From assembly GCA_041752695.1 (NCBI GenBank), contig JBGSVZ010000038.1:32001-96000 (forward strand): DNA of 64,000 nucleotides, read 5' to 3'. This DNA is from Terrimicrobiaceae bacterium. Its GTDB lineage: Bacteria > Verrucomicrobiota > Verrucomicrobiia > Chthoniobacterales > Terrimicrobiaceae. The notes under the pieces were generated by a model, which was given only the letters and a program-made list of their open reading frames with translations, searched no databases and had not been told where the DNA came from. Both the position numbers and the translations under genes were made by a program. This document shows, in pieces, positions 47,726 through 57,540 of this stretch; within the stretch, counting starts at the first letter, position 1; the number at the start of each line of letters is the position of its first letter.

Positions 47726-50227
47726 ATGCCCAGATTTCCTTTTTTTATTTTTGGTTTCCTCGTGGCTTGTGTGGGGATCACCCGGGCGGCCGAGGACAAA
47801 CCGACTCCGGAAGACGCCGGACCGTTATTCGCGCCGACGCCGCCAGTGAAACTTTCGGCCCAGGATTTTCCCGATCCAAAAAGCCTGAATGATGATGCCG
47901 CCACCGAGTTGAAGGGACTGTGTTCTCTGGCGGAGTTCCAGGCGCTTCCCGCGGCCAACCGCCATGTCTATTCCTTTGAGGCCTGGCCGGGAACGGAGGA
48001 CAAACTCGGAAAAAAATCCTACACTTTCAATTTTCATCTGGGGAACACGGGGCAGAAAGTTGCGTTTTTGCCGACGGGCGGCGGGCCGAACTCAGTGGCC
48101 AGCTTCACCCGCGTGAAGGATGCGGCGACCGGAACCTATAACCTCCAGGGCCTCGGTAACCTGGATTGGAGCGGTAAGATGCAACACACGTTCAAGTTTG
48201 ATAAACCGGTGGCTGCCTTCGGGGTGGTCTTGAAATCTCCGGACGACGTGGCTCTGCGGAAATTTTATTGGGCCGCCGCCAAGGAGCTGAATGGTTATCC
48301 ATTTTCCTACACGCTGGCGGATGGGACGATTGTGAACCTGGGGGAGCGGGACGTGCAGGGAGCGCTGATCAAAGGCGGCACACAGGCATTTCTTGGGGTG
48401 ATCGACCGCTCCGGTCGTGGCATTGTTTCCGTGACCTATACGCTGGGCGGTCTGGCTGGGAACAAGGCGCAAGTGATCGCGGTTTCCGCCCTGGCCTTTG
48501 CCACCGTGCCCAAGCCCCCAGTGGCACCTGTCGTCAATCTCATCGGTAGTTGTGATTTCGAATCGCCGGATAGCATCATTCCTACGCCGCTTCCTGCTCT
48601 GGCCGGACTGGCCACGCTCGAGGATTTTCGGTCTATCGTCGCAAACAAGCGGTCGGTCTATCGCTTCGACACTTGGCCGAAGAGCGCCAAAGATCTCGGC
48701 TCGGCCACCGGTCAGTTTGCTTTCGCGCTGCCCGGCAAGGACAGCCAAAAGGTGACAATCACTGCGGTCAATTCTGCCAACAAAGCCCGGCTCGTCCAGG
48801 CGAGTCTCAAAACCGAAGACGGACTCGCTTATCCCGTTCTTGGAGGGCTGGGGAATATTGGCAAAGGAGCCTGGGCCGAACAGACCTTCACGTTTGAAAA
48901 GCCGGTGCGCGCGTTCGGAATCACCTATCGTTCCGAGCAGGACGGGGAATTGTCTTTCGCCGGGGAAAATGGTTCCCCGGTGTCGTATACGCTTTCTGAT
49001 GGAACGGTGGTGAATCTGGGTGGTTCGGGTTCCCCTGCCGGGGTCCTCTCCAAGTCCGGAAAAACTTTTGTGGGTGTGATCGACAAGACCGACAAGGGGA
49101 TTGTTTCTGCCACGGTGCGGGTGTCCGGCACGGCTGCGCCGGGTCAGCCGCTCTACATTGAAGATCTTGCTTTTGCCGTGGGCGGGCCGCCGCCGGGAAA
49201 CTGGAAACTCGTTTTGGAGGATAACTTCGATGGGACGGTCCTGAACCCGGAAATCTGGACGCCGGGTTATACGTTTAAGGACGTCATCAATAATGAACTC
49301 CAAGGCTACGTGCCGGAAAACATCAGCGTGGCCAACGGGGTATGTACCATCAAGATCGAGCAACGGGAGTGTTTTAACACCGACCGCGAGGGTAACAAGG
49401 GGCCGGCGCAGAAATTTGCTTCAGGCGCGTTCACCAGCTTCGACAAGTTTGCCCCCACCTACGGGTATTTTGAAGCCCGGGTAAAGATGCCTCACGCTCG
49501 GGGAGCGGGGGCCTGGCCGGCTTTCTGGATGCTGCCGGACCGTGGCAGGGACTACCCCAAGGATAAACGCAGCAACTATCGGACGAAAGACTATGGCATG
49601 GGACTCGAGATCGACATCTTTGAATTTATGCCCCGCTGGAAACGCCCTGACGGGCTCTTCCCCGTTCACATGGGCTGCATCTGGAGTTATGGCAAAGTGA
49701 CGGAAGCGGATCCCGCGCCGCATGGCTACGGGGCTTACGCGCTGGAGAACGATGGCTGGGGTCCCAAGGAATTGAACTTTCCCAATCTGGACACAGAATT
49801 TCACACCTACGGTCTCTACTGGTCACCGGAACGCCTGATTTTTTACATCGATGGCAAGCCGGTTTTCCGGGTCAGGGATCCGAAACATGTGCCGGATGTG
49901 CCGCACTATTTCCTGTTTAATATCGCCCTCCACGAAAATGGCTGGGGCAAGAGTCCGGACAAAACGAATCCATCCATGGCAGATATCATCGCGGATATGC
50001 CTAATAGCATGGAGATCGACTACTTCCGCGCGTATGCGGGTACTCTGGACGAGGCGATTCCCGCTTCGCCCACGGATGATCCATCCGTCATTCGTAAGTA
50101 TTCGCCTCCGCCAAAAGACGAGCCGATCCCGGCGCCCGCGGCTCCTGCCGCGGCGCCGTCTTCGACTCCCTCGGAGAATGCGCCGGCCGCTCCGGTCAAT
50201 TCCACAATCGACAGCCCGGCGAATTGA
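47726..50227 (+). CDS. GH16 glycoside hydrolase with duplicated N-terminal domain
   Basis: WKLV.ED.F, YGYFEAR, WPAFW, EIDIFE, FHTYG..W, IDYFR; signal peptide. Confidence 0.9.
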   Translation: MPRFPFFIFGFLVACVGITRAAEDKPTPEDAGPLFAPTPPVKLSAQDFPDPKSLNDDAATELKGLCSLAEFQALPAANRHVYSFEAWPGTEDKLGKKSYTFNFHLGNTGQKVAFLPTGGGPNSVASFTRVKDAATGTYNLQGLGNLDWSGKMQHTFKFDKPVAAFGVVLKSPDDVALRKFYWAAAKELNGYPFSYTLADGTIVNLGERDVQGALIKGGTQAFLGVIDRSGRGIVSVTYTLGGLAGNKAQVIAVSALAFATVPKPPVAPVVNLIGSCDFESPDSIIPTPLPALAGLATLEDFRSIVANKRSVYRFDTWPKSAKDLGSATGQFAFALPGKDSQKVTITAVNSANKARLVQASLKTEDGLAYPVLGGLGNIGKGAWAEQTFTFEKPVRAFGITYRSEQDGELSFAGENGSPVSYTLSDGTVVNLGGSGSPAGVLSKSGKTFVGVIDKTDKGIVSATVRVSGTAAPGQPLYIEDLAFAVGGPPPGNWKLVLEDNFDGTVLNPEIWTPGYTFKDVINNELQGYVPENISVANGVCTIKIEQRECFNTDREGNKGPAQKFASGAFTSFDKFAPTYGYFEARVKMPHARGAGAWPAFWMLPDRGRDYPKDKRSNYRTKDYGMGLEIDIFEFMPRWKRPDGLFPVHMGCIWSYGKVTEADPAPHGYGAYALENDGWGPKELNFPNLDTEFHTYGLYWSPERLIFYIDGKPVFRVRDPKHVPDVPHYFLFNIALHENGWGKSPDKTNPSMADIIADMPNSMEIDYFRAYAGTLDEAIPASPTDDPSVIRKYSPPPKDEPIPAPAAPAAAPSSTPSENAPAAPVNSTIDSPAN

Positions 50228-50261
50228 GGAAAAAGCGTGATGAAAGGCCCCCTTGATTTTC

Positions 50262-50978
50262 ATGAAATTTCCCCTCATCCCCATTCTCATGTCGCTCTTG
50301 CTATTGCCTTGCCGCGGAGAAACCCCAGGCGCCCCGGCGGTCTTCCGCAATCTTGAAGCCGGCAAGCCCCAGACCGTCATCGTTTACGGCACAAGTCTGA
50401 CGCATGGCGGTGCGTGGACGGGCGCGACGAAACGGTGGTTCGACCAGACCTATCCGGATAAGGTGAAGTTTTTTAATAGCGGTAGCCCCGGTCAGAATTC
50501 GGACTGGGGGGTGGCAAATCTGAAAACCAAGGTCCTTGACCATCGGCCGGACTTGGTCATCCTGGAGTTTTCCTATAACGACGCGCACGATAAATTCAAC
50601 ATGCCCGTCGAGCAGGGAGCCGCGAATCTGCGGAAGATGATCGAAATGATCCGGTCCCAAGACCCGGACGCGGCCGTCGTGCTTCAGACCATGAATATCG
50701 GGTGGGACGCGCCGAACGGGAACGGGAGCCTGTCGCATCGCCCGGATCTCGAACAGTACAACGATAATTATCGCAAGCTGGCCGGCGAAATGAGTCTACC
50801 CCTGCTGGACCATTATGTCGCTTGGAAAAGACAGAAGGAAAGCGACGCCAAAACCTATCAGTGTTATGTTCCCGACGGCACCCACCCCTCGGCCGAGGGC
50901 AGTCTGGCGGTGACTTGGCCAGCTGTGAAAGCGTGGTTGGAAGCGGAGCGTGAAGTCGCGCAGGCCTCCAAAAACTAA
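50262..50978 (+). CDS. SGNH/GDSL hydrolase
   Basis: YGTSLT, NSG, EFSYND, DGTHP; signal peptide. Confidence 0.88.
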   Translation: MKFPLIPILMSLLLLPCRGETPGAPAVFRNLEAGKPQTVIVYGTSLTHGGAWTGATKRWFDQTYPDKVKFFNSGSPGQNSDWGVANLKTKVLDHRPDLVILEFSYNDAHDKFNMPVEQGAANLRKMIEMIRSQDPDAAVVLQTMNIGWDAPNGNGSLSHRPDLEQYNDNYRKLAGEMSLPLLDHYVAWKRQKESDAKTYQCYVPDGTHPSAEGSLAVTWPAVKAWLEAEREVAQASKN

Positions 50979-50987
50979 GGGCGTATT

Positions 50988-53144
50988 GTGAGCACGGATC
51001 GCTGGATCGAACTCGATCTCTTTTTCTTCCGGGAGAAACCCTTTCAAGAGCAGGCTGCGGATTTGATTGCCCGCCTCGCTCCACTGTATCGTGACGTGGC
51101 TGGCGATTATGGTATCGTTCTGTGCTGCGCCTGGCTTTGTGATCTTGTGACCGAGTGGAACGGCGATCCTTGGCAAAAATTGCCCTTTCGCAGCGCGACC
51201 ATGAGTTCCTGGTCAGCCTGCAGCTACACGGATCTCAAGGAGTTGATTGAGGTTTTGAAGAGCGAGGCAGCAAAAGCGTGCCTGCCTCGCTTGAAGGTCG
51301 GGGTCATGATGGTGGCCTGGGGCAAGTTCGACTGGGGGGAGGGCGGAGGGTATGATCTCAAAAGCGGCTGGTATGACCGGCACCCGGAGATCTATTTCGA
51401 GGACTTCTGGAAGAACATCAACTACCGGAAACGACTGGAGGCGGACGATTATTGTTATGCCTCCCGTCCTGATGGCATCGCGGAGGGCACGTCGTTCACC
51501 ACGTTTTTCTCCGGCCAGTGGGCCTTGCTTTCCCGCTTCCTAGAGGTGGATGCCGTGCATTTTCGCGACGGTTTTCTCGGTCCGGCGATCTATGAAATGA
51601 TCGGTCCCTTTGGAAAAAAGGGCCCGGCTGATCCGGCGCTGGCCGCGGACTGGAGTCGCGAGCTTGTGGGGTTCTTCCAAGCCGCAAAAGCGGCAAACCC
51701 TTCCTGTCTCGTCATGTTGTATTCCTCCGCGCGCAGCGCCGTAGGAGAATACAGGGTCGGGTGTTTTGATCTGGAGGCGGTCGTCGCTTCCGGTGGGATT
51801 GATGTGTGGATTGACCAGACCTGGGCCGGCGCGTGGCAGGATTGGTGGAATCATGAGTTTCGCGGCTGGACCTTCCAGCTGGCTAATCTCATCACGCATC
51901 ACGCGATGGTGGTGTCTGGCAACCGCAAGCGGACGACGCCCTGCAAACATTATCATCTCATCGAAACGTGGGACGCCTGGGAACCGTGGGACACCTTGCA
52001 CCAGACACCGATGAAACTGCGCTGGGGTATGTGGGCCTTTTCCCATGCGTCTGTCGCGACGGGGGATGGACTCAGTCGCACGACGGGTTCCTATATTTCC
52101 TGGGCGCATGACTGGCGGGGGAATTTGCTCAGTCCCGACGACGTCGGGTTTCTGCAAAGACACCTCAATGCCGCCATCGAAAACGCGGACGAACTGGAGG
52201 AGGTCTATGGGCCTGCGCTGGCTTTAAACTCTCCGGAAATGGCCGCGCAGCAGGCCTCTCATCCCGAGAACATTGTCGGAGATCTCATTGATGACGAATG
52301 CGCCATGCTGATGAAATGGGGGGTTCCCTGTCTGTCGGGCGTGGGGCTGGATGTTCCGCCGGTCGCGCGGGAGGGGTACGTTTTGCAAAACCCCGCCCGG
52401 CTTTCCCCGGAATGGCGCGACCATTTGCTAAGTTCCGAAACGTCTTATGCCGCCGGCCCGGGGAACAAAATCGATGATCTTTTGCTCAAGGACATCGGCG
52501 TGGACGATGGGGAAATCGAATATGGCTTCGGTAAACATCATCTGCATCAGCCCGTCAGCACGGCAGACCAAATCGGCAAGGTCGCCTCGGTGTCCATGGC
52601 GCCGACCCGCAAGTTCACGGCGGGGATGGCCACTGTGCTTGTGGAAACTGAGAAAACCGTTCTGGTGGCCAAAAACGGAGCGGCTCCGCATTTCCTCTGG
52701 CAACCGCCTTATCCGTTCATTCAAACGACGTCCTGTTTCAGTCAGGCGCAGTACGGTTCCCTGGCTCCATTTATCGCCCTTTCCCGGGCGTGGCATCGGT
52801 CCCAGCAAGGCCATGCCTCCGCCTGGGTCTCGGATTTTGCCTGCCACCTTCCTGTTGCCTTTCACCTCTGGCGGAGTGGAGGGGCGGTTTTTGTACTTTT
52901 GGGAAACTTGGAAACCGGGATTGTCGGGGGCTCCCGGTCGCCGCGCGAGATCACCTTCACTCTCAACAAAACGGTGCTGAAACTCCCCGTGAGCCCTCTA
53001 CATTTGGAGAATCTCGATGACGGAACAGCCGTCGCGAGTGTTTCGGATGCAGATGGCGACTGCGTCTTCCAGGTCGCCCTCGCGCCTCAGGCATCAGCCA
53101 TCTATCGGTTGTGTGGCATAGCGTCGGAGACGGTAGATTGTTAA
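50988..53144 (+). CDS. hypothetical Trp-rich protein, possible glycoside hydrolase-like
   Basis: 718-aa ORF with GTG start 10 nt after the upstream stop; HPE, HFRDG, DQTW, ETWD motifs; no signal peptide. Confidence 0.75.
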   Translation: MSTDRWIELDLFFFREKPFQEQAADLIARLAPLYRDVAGDYGIVLCCAWLCDLVTEWNGDPWQKLPFRSATMSSWSACSYTDLKELIEVLKSEAAKACLPRLKVGVMMVAWGKFDWGEGGGYDLKSGWYDRHPEIYFEDFWKNINYRKRLEADDYCYASRPDGIAEGTSFTTFFSGQWALLSRFLEVDAVHFRDGFLGPAIYEMIGPFGKKGPADPALAADWSRELVGFFQAAKAANPSCLVMLYSSARSAVGEYRVGCFDLEAVVASGGIDVWIDQTWAGAWQDWWNHEFRGWTFQLANLITHHAMVVSGNRKRTTPCKHYHLIETWDAWEPWDTLHQTPMKLRWGMWAFSHASVATGDGLSRTTGSYISWAHDWRGNLLSPDDVGFLQRHLNAAIENADELEEVYGPALALNSPEMAAQQASHPENIVGDLIDDECAMLMKWGVPCLSGVGLDVPPVAREGYVLQNPARLSPEWRDHLLSSETSYAAGPGNKIDDLLLKDIGVDDGEIEYGFGKHHLHQPVSTADQIGKVASVSMAPTRKFTAGMATVLVETEKTVLVAKNGAAPHFLWQPPYPFIQTTSCFSQAQYGSLAPFIALSRAWHRSQQGHASAWVSDFACHLPVAFHLWRSGGAVFVLLGNLETGIVGGSRSPREITFTLNKTVLKLPVSPLHLENLDDGTAVASVSDADGDCVFQVALAPQASAIYRLCGIASETVDC

Positions 53145-53157
53145 CCTTTGTTTCGCG

Positions 53158-54825
53158 TCATTTCGCGTTTTTAGCGGGCCTGATGTCCTCTTCCGCTTCG
53201 GAAACCCAACGGGCGAAAGTTTCGAGCTGGGAATAGTCGTTCTCCCAAGTCGTGTACATCACGCCGATTAATCCCGGAACTTTTTGGGCCGCGCTTAGCC
53301 AGGGTTTGATGGCGGCCGGATCGCTGTCATAAAAGCCCGCCAGAATTTGCGGATGCCCCCGGCCGGAGAAAAAGGCCGGGCTTCTCTCCGGTTGGCCGGA
53401 GTTCCAATTCACGATCACGACCGAGGGTTTCAGTCCCTCGCAGGAACCGTGCAGGTCGCCGTTGACCAAATAATAGTCTTTCACCGCGTTGTGGTGGGGG
53501 TCGAACATATCGCTCCAGACGTAGATGCGCGCCCCCGGCGCGGTCTTGGCCAGGATGTCCTGACACGTCCGGACATTGTCCGCGACGAGTTCTCCCGGGG
53601 TGAGCCCGCGCCTCTGGCACGCCGCGTCCCAACCGAGGACGCGCCACTCGTCGTGGAGCATCATATAGGCGTCCGAATCCCAGAGTTCGTGCAGCGTTTG
53701 GGCCTGCTTTCGCAAGATGTCGATCGTTTCCGGTTCACTGGGGCAAATGCACATCTGGCCATTGTGAATACTATGCGGGTGGTAGAAAGAGACCCTTAGT
53801 CGTGTGCCATCGGGAAGTTTGGTGCGGAGGGGAGGGGGCTCGTGCCAGGCGTCGTATTTCCCGGTGGAAGGCGGGTTCCCCATGCGCAGATCCGTGACCG
53901 GCTCGAAATCGATTCCCTCCTTAAGCGGGCTGGCGTCTTCGTTTGTCACCGTTAGCGGGCAGCCATCCCGCCGTAAAACATTGCGGAGCCCCTCTTCGTG
54001 AATCTGCGCGTCCTTCCACCAAACGGTTCCTCGCGCCGGGCCCCAGGTTCCCAAATACACACCCACCTCGTCGTGATCGAGGGAATTGAAGGTGATGTTA
54101 TGCGACGTCCAATCCTGTGTGGATTTGACGTCGATGGTGGTAAAACTCAGGGGCTTCTGTCCGTTCCCCAGAACCTTGATGTCCGGCTTGCCGGTGAAAT
54201 TCAAAGTCTTGGTCCGCACCGAAACCGTATATTGCCGAAACTTGGCAACCGGGACGGGAGCGTGAAACCTTGCGCTGCCGCCGGGCTCGGTAGCTTTGAG
54301 TGTGTCATCCTCGGAAACCAGGGTTCCATCGGCAAATTTCCACTCCCTAAGGTTCTCCCTCTTGGTGCCGGGAAGGGAAACGGGCGGATCGGCCACAATC
54401 CTTGCTTCGCCGCCGTATACGACAAAAAGCGCCTCCTTCACGGGCAGCCCCTCGGCCAGATGGGGGTTGTGAACGAGATGCTCGTTGGAATATCCCATCC
54501 CAAACAGGGCAGGAACAATTGTGATTCCATGCTTTGCCGCTGCCCGTTGGACCTCTGCGCAGTTTTCCCGATAGCTGACCGGCACCTCTTCCAGCTTGCT
54601 GAATTTTGAATCGGTCAGGAGCACGTGTGTAAAACCCGTTGCGGCACCCCTCGCAAAAAGCGCCTCTGCTTTCACCACGTTTTGCGGGTTTTGCAGATTG
54701 GTGCTCAGATAAATCCAGCGCTCCAGCGGGGCGGCCGTGGCCTCTCCGCCGCCTGCGCAGAGGCCTGCGGTGAGGACAAGGGTTTGCACGGCTTTTTGGA
54801 GGTTGGTGAGAAACCGGGGTATCAT
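53158..54825 (-). CDS. secreted TIM-barrel + CBM-like protein, GH20-like acidic pair
   Basis: signal peptide, inserted jelly-roll-like domain, C..EP, MLHDEWR, WSDM, NW, MYTTW. Confidence 0.75.
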   Translation of the reverse strand: MIPRFLTNLQKAVQTLVLTAGLCAGGGEATAAPLERWIYLSTNLQNPQNVVKAEALFARGAATGFTHVLLTDSKFSKLEEVPVSYRENCAEVQRAAAKHGITIVPALFGMGYSNEHLVHNPHLAEGLPVKEALFVVYGGEARIVADPPVSLPGTKRENLREWKFADGTLVSEDDTLKATEPGGSARFHAPVPVAKFRQYTVSVRTKTLNFTGKPDIKVLGNGQKPLSFTTIDVKSTQDWTSHNITFNSLDHDEVGVYLGTWGPARGTVWWKDAQIHEEGLRNVLRRDGCPLTVTNEDASPLKEGIDFEPVTDLRMGNPPSTGKYDAWHEPPPLRTKLPDGTRLRVSFYHPHSIHNGQMCICPSEPETIDILRKQAQTLHELWDSDAYMMLHDEWRVLGWDAACQRRGLTPGELVADNVRTCQDILAKTAPGARIYVWSDMFDPHHNAVKDYYLVNGDLHGSCEGLKPSVVIVNWNSGQPERSPAFFSGRGHPQILAGFYDSDPAAIKPWLSAAQKVPGLIGVMYTTWENDYSQLETFARWVSEAEEDIRPAKNAK

Positions 54826-54940
54826 GAGAGAAAATTGTGGTTTTGCGGCGCGAAACACGTGATCACCCTGGGCGTTTCGGGCGTCTTTGTTGAAGACGGA
54901 AAGCAAGTTAACTGTTAACTGACAAAGCCGGAAATTGGAT

Positions 54941-54968
54941 TTGCAACTCCACAAGGCTCCAACATAAT
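54941..54968 (+). promoter_or_regulatory. sigma70-like promoter of the PEP-CTERM gene
   Basis: TTGCAA-N16-CATAAT, 9 nt before ATG 54978. Confidence 0.45.
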
Positions 54969-54977
54969 TTGCCCCTC

Positions 54978-55943
54978 ATGACGAAGACATCCCTCCTCCC
55001 TAAGTCCCTCCTTTGCGCTCTGGCTGTTGCCGGTGCCGCGACTTCGAGCCAAGCCACCCTCCTCGTTCAAGAAAGCTTTAACTACGGAGGTTCGACGATA
55101 GCGAACATCAACGGCACGACGGAAACTGGCACCGGGTTACAAGGAAATTGGACGGTGACGAATGCGTTGCCCGGGGGTGGGCTGGCTTCGAGTGCTTATC
55201 AGACGACCGGCCTGAGTTTCGGTTCAAGTTTTGCAGCAGGCACAGGTGGCGCGCTGTTGCAAACAACCAGGTACAGCGGATCGAATGCGCAGTCGAGCGC
55301 AACGGTTCAATTGGACATCACCACGACTACGGGGGACATCTGGGGAAGTTATCTGGTGAATTATACCACGCTCAGCAACGGTGCCAGTGGTGCCGCAATC
55401 CAGGGAATTGGCACGTCGTCAACGGGAGCGACAGTAAATCTGGGTAACCGGGTGAACACCAACGCGACGGCTGGCAATACGACAACTTCGGTTTTCTATG
55501 ACTCGACGCTTACGACGTCGGCTGCGAGCACGCTCATCTCCACGAGCACAACCTACATGGTTCTCTCCAAATTCACAAATGTGGGAACTACTCTCTCCGG
55601 TGGATCGCCTGGAGTTGCGACGACATGGTATTTTACACAGACGGGATATGAGAGTTGGCTGACCATTGGGGGAGGTCTCGAGGCGAACTTGAGCACGTAT
55701 GCGGTTAAGTCCGGCTCTGACACGGTGACCTCGGGGCAGATCAACTTCGATTCGAACGGTTTTCTCACCTTGAAATCTGATGCGCCCGATATCAACAATT
55801 TCCAGGTTGTTGCGGTATTCGATGAAATTCGCTATGGCACCACGATCTATGATGTTGGAGTCATCCCCGAGCCATCCGCCACCGCACTGCTCTTCGGTGC
55901 GGGTGTGAGTGTGCTTCTCTTCCGCCGCAAGCGCGGGATCTGA
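54978..55943 (+). CDS. PEP-CTERM surface protein
   Basis: signal peptide, Thr/Ser/Gly-rich body, FDEIRYG, C-terminal IPEPS-hydrophobic-RRKR. Confidence 0.93.
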   Translation: MTKTSLLPKSLLCALAVAGAATSSQATLLVQESFNYGGSTIANINGTTETGTGLQGNWTVTNALPGGGLASSAYQTTGLSFGSSFAAGTGGALLQTTRYSGSNAQSSATVQLDITTTTGDIWGSYLVNYTTLSNGASGAAIQGIGTSSTGATVNLGNRVNTNATAGNTTTSVFYDSTLTTSAASTLISTSTTYMVLSKFTNVGTTLSGGSPGVATTWYFTQTGYESWLTIGGGLEANLSTYAVKSGSDTVTSGQINFDSNGFLTLKSDAPDINNFQVVAVFDEIRYGTTIYDVGVIPEPSATALLFGAGVSVLLFRRKRGI

Positions 55944-56029
55944 GATTTCAGGTTGAAAATCAGTCCGCCTTTGAACGTCTCTCCTGTGCGCAGCGATGCG
56001 GGCCGGAGAGATTTTCGTTCCTTCGCCCT

Positions 56030-56773
56030 ATGAAAACGTCCTCCCGCCTATTGCTAATGGTTCTTTTGTTTCTCACCTTGGCTCCGTGTTTTTCGCGGGC
56101 CCAGGCTGATGGACCGACGCCGTATCCCGATCCGGAAGACACGAATGCGTGGCCGGGAGTGGGGCCCATTCGGGTTTTTCCGTACATGACGGACAATCGA
56201 AAGAGTTTTTGGACCCGGCGAGCGCAGGCTCATAATTCCGTCGTTTTTGTCGGTGATTCCTTGATGGAAGGCTATAATGTCAAGGAGGCGTTTCCCGATG
56301 TGCAGGTTGCCAACCGTGCCATTGGCGGCGATGTGACGCGGGGCGTCTTGTTCCGGCTCAAGGAGGATGTGATCGACATCAATCCCCAAGCCGTTGTGCT
56401 TTGCATCGGCAGCAACGACTTGAGCAGCCATGCGAATACCGCGGGAGTGGCGGGAAACATCGAGGAGATTATCCGCCAGTTGCGGGAGTCGAATGAAAAA
56501 TTGCCTATTGCCCTGCTCCTGGTGCCGCCGCGCGACGTGGACGATGCGCCTTTGAAGCCAGGAGCCCTGGCGGATCTGAACGAAAAAATCCGGAGATTGG
56601 GCGACGGACGGGAAAATATCGAGGTGGTCGATATCTTTACTTCCATGGCGGACGATATGGGGATGCCTTTGCCGGAACTTTTTGACTCCCGAAAAATTCA
56701 TCCGACTCCGGCTGGCTATGCCAAATGGACGGAGTTGATAACGCCGGCTTTGGCGAAGCTCGGGGTCAAATAA
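56030..56773 (+). CDS. SGNH/GDSL hydrolase-like protein
   Basis: FVGDSL, NRAIGGD, IGSND, RKIHP. Confidence 0.88.
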   Translation: MKTSSRLLLMVLLFLTLAPCFSRAQADGPTPYPDPEDTNAWPGVGPIRVFPYMTDNRKSFWTRRAQAHNSVVFVGDSLMEGYNVKEAFPDVQVANRAIGGDVTRGVLFRLKEDVIDINPQAVVLCIGSNDLSSHANTAGVAGNIEEIIRQLRESNEKLPIALLLVPPRDVDDAPLKPGALADLNEKIRRLGDGRENIEVVDIFTSMADDMGMPLPELFDSRKIHPTPAGYAKWTELITPALAKLGVK

Positions 56774-56868
56774 AAACACGACGAGCGGCACGGATCTCGA
56801 GAAGCCGTCGCGACGCGGGTGGGGACCATATGCGTAGCGCTGGGAGATCCGTGTCGCCGTTTTGAGTC

Positions 56869-57540
56869 ATGAATATCTGGACCCAAATCTATGACCCACT
56901 GCAAAACCCCGCGTTCTCGACGGCGGCCGCGGCGGTGCCCGCGGTTGCCCTTCTTTCCTGCATCGGGATTTTCCGTCTTCGGGTGCACCTCTCGGCCTTC
57001 ATTGGATTGGTAATCGCCCTGTTAATTGCGACTTTGATTTATCGCATGCCGGTTGATGCCGCGCTGGCGAGCGGTTTTTACGGTGCGGGTTTCGGTCTTT
57101 TTCCCATTGGCTGGATTATCCTGAATATTGTTTTCCTCTATCAGCTTACGGTCAAACGCGGGCACTTTGAGATTCTGCGAGGCAGTCTGGTTTCCATCGC
57201 GCCGGATCCAAGGATCCAGGTGATTCTGATCGCATATGCGGGGTCGGACGCCTCTTCAAACGTCCTGTTTGGCAGCCTGCAAAAAATCACCGCTCAGCAA
57301 ATCGGCATTGATCCCGCGCTGATGTGCGCCGCCAATACCTCCGGCGGGGTGATGGGCAAAATGGTGGCGGCGCAGAGTATCGTGGTGGTAAGCACGGCCA
57401 CAAATTGGTACGGCCACGAAGGCGACATCCTGCGCCGGGTTTTTCTGCACAGCATTGCGCTGGTTTTTCTCATGGGCGGGCTGGTGTATCTCCAGGCCTA
57501 CGTTTTTCCCTTCACTTGGCTGGTGGACTCCCTGCGATGA
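56869..57540 (+). pseudogene. lctP: L-lactate permease remnant with large in-frame internal deletion
   Basis: N-terminal [26 protein letters not shown] joined directly to C-terminal [34 protein letters not shown]; only 223 aa. Confidence 0.82.
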
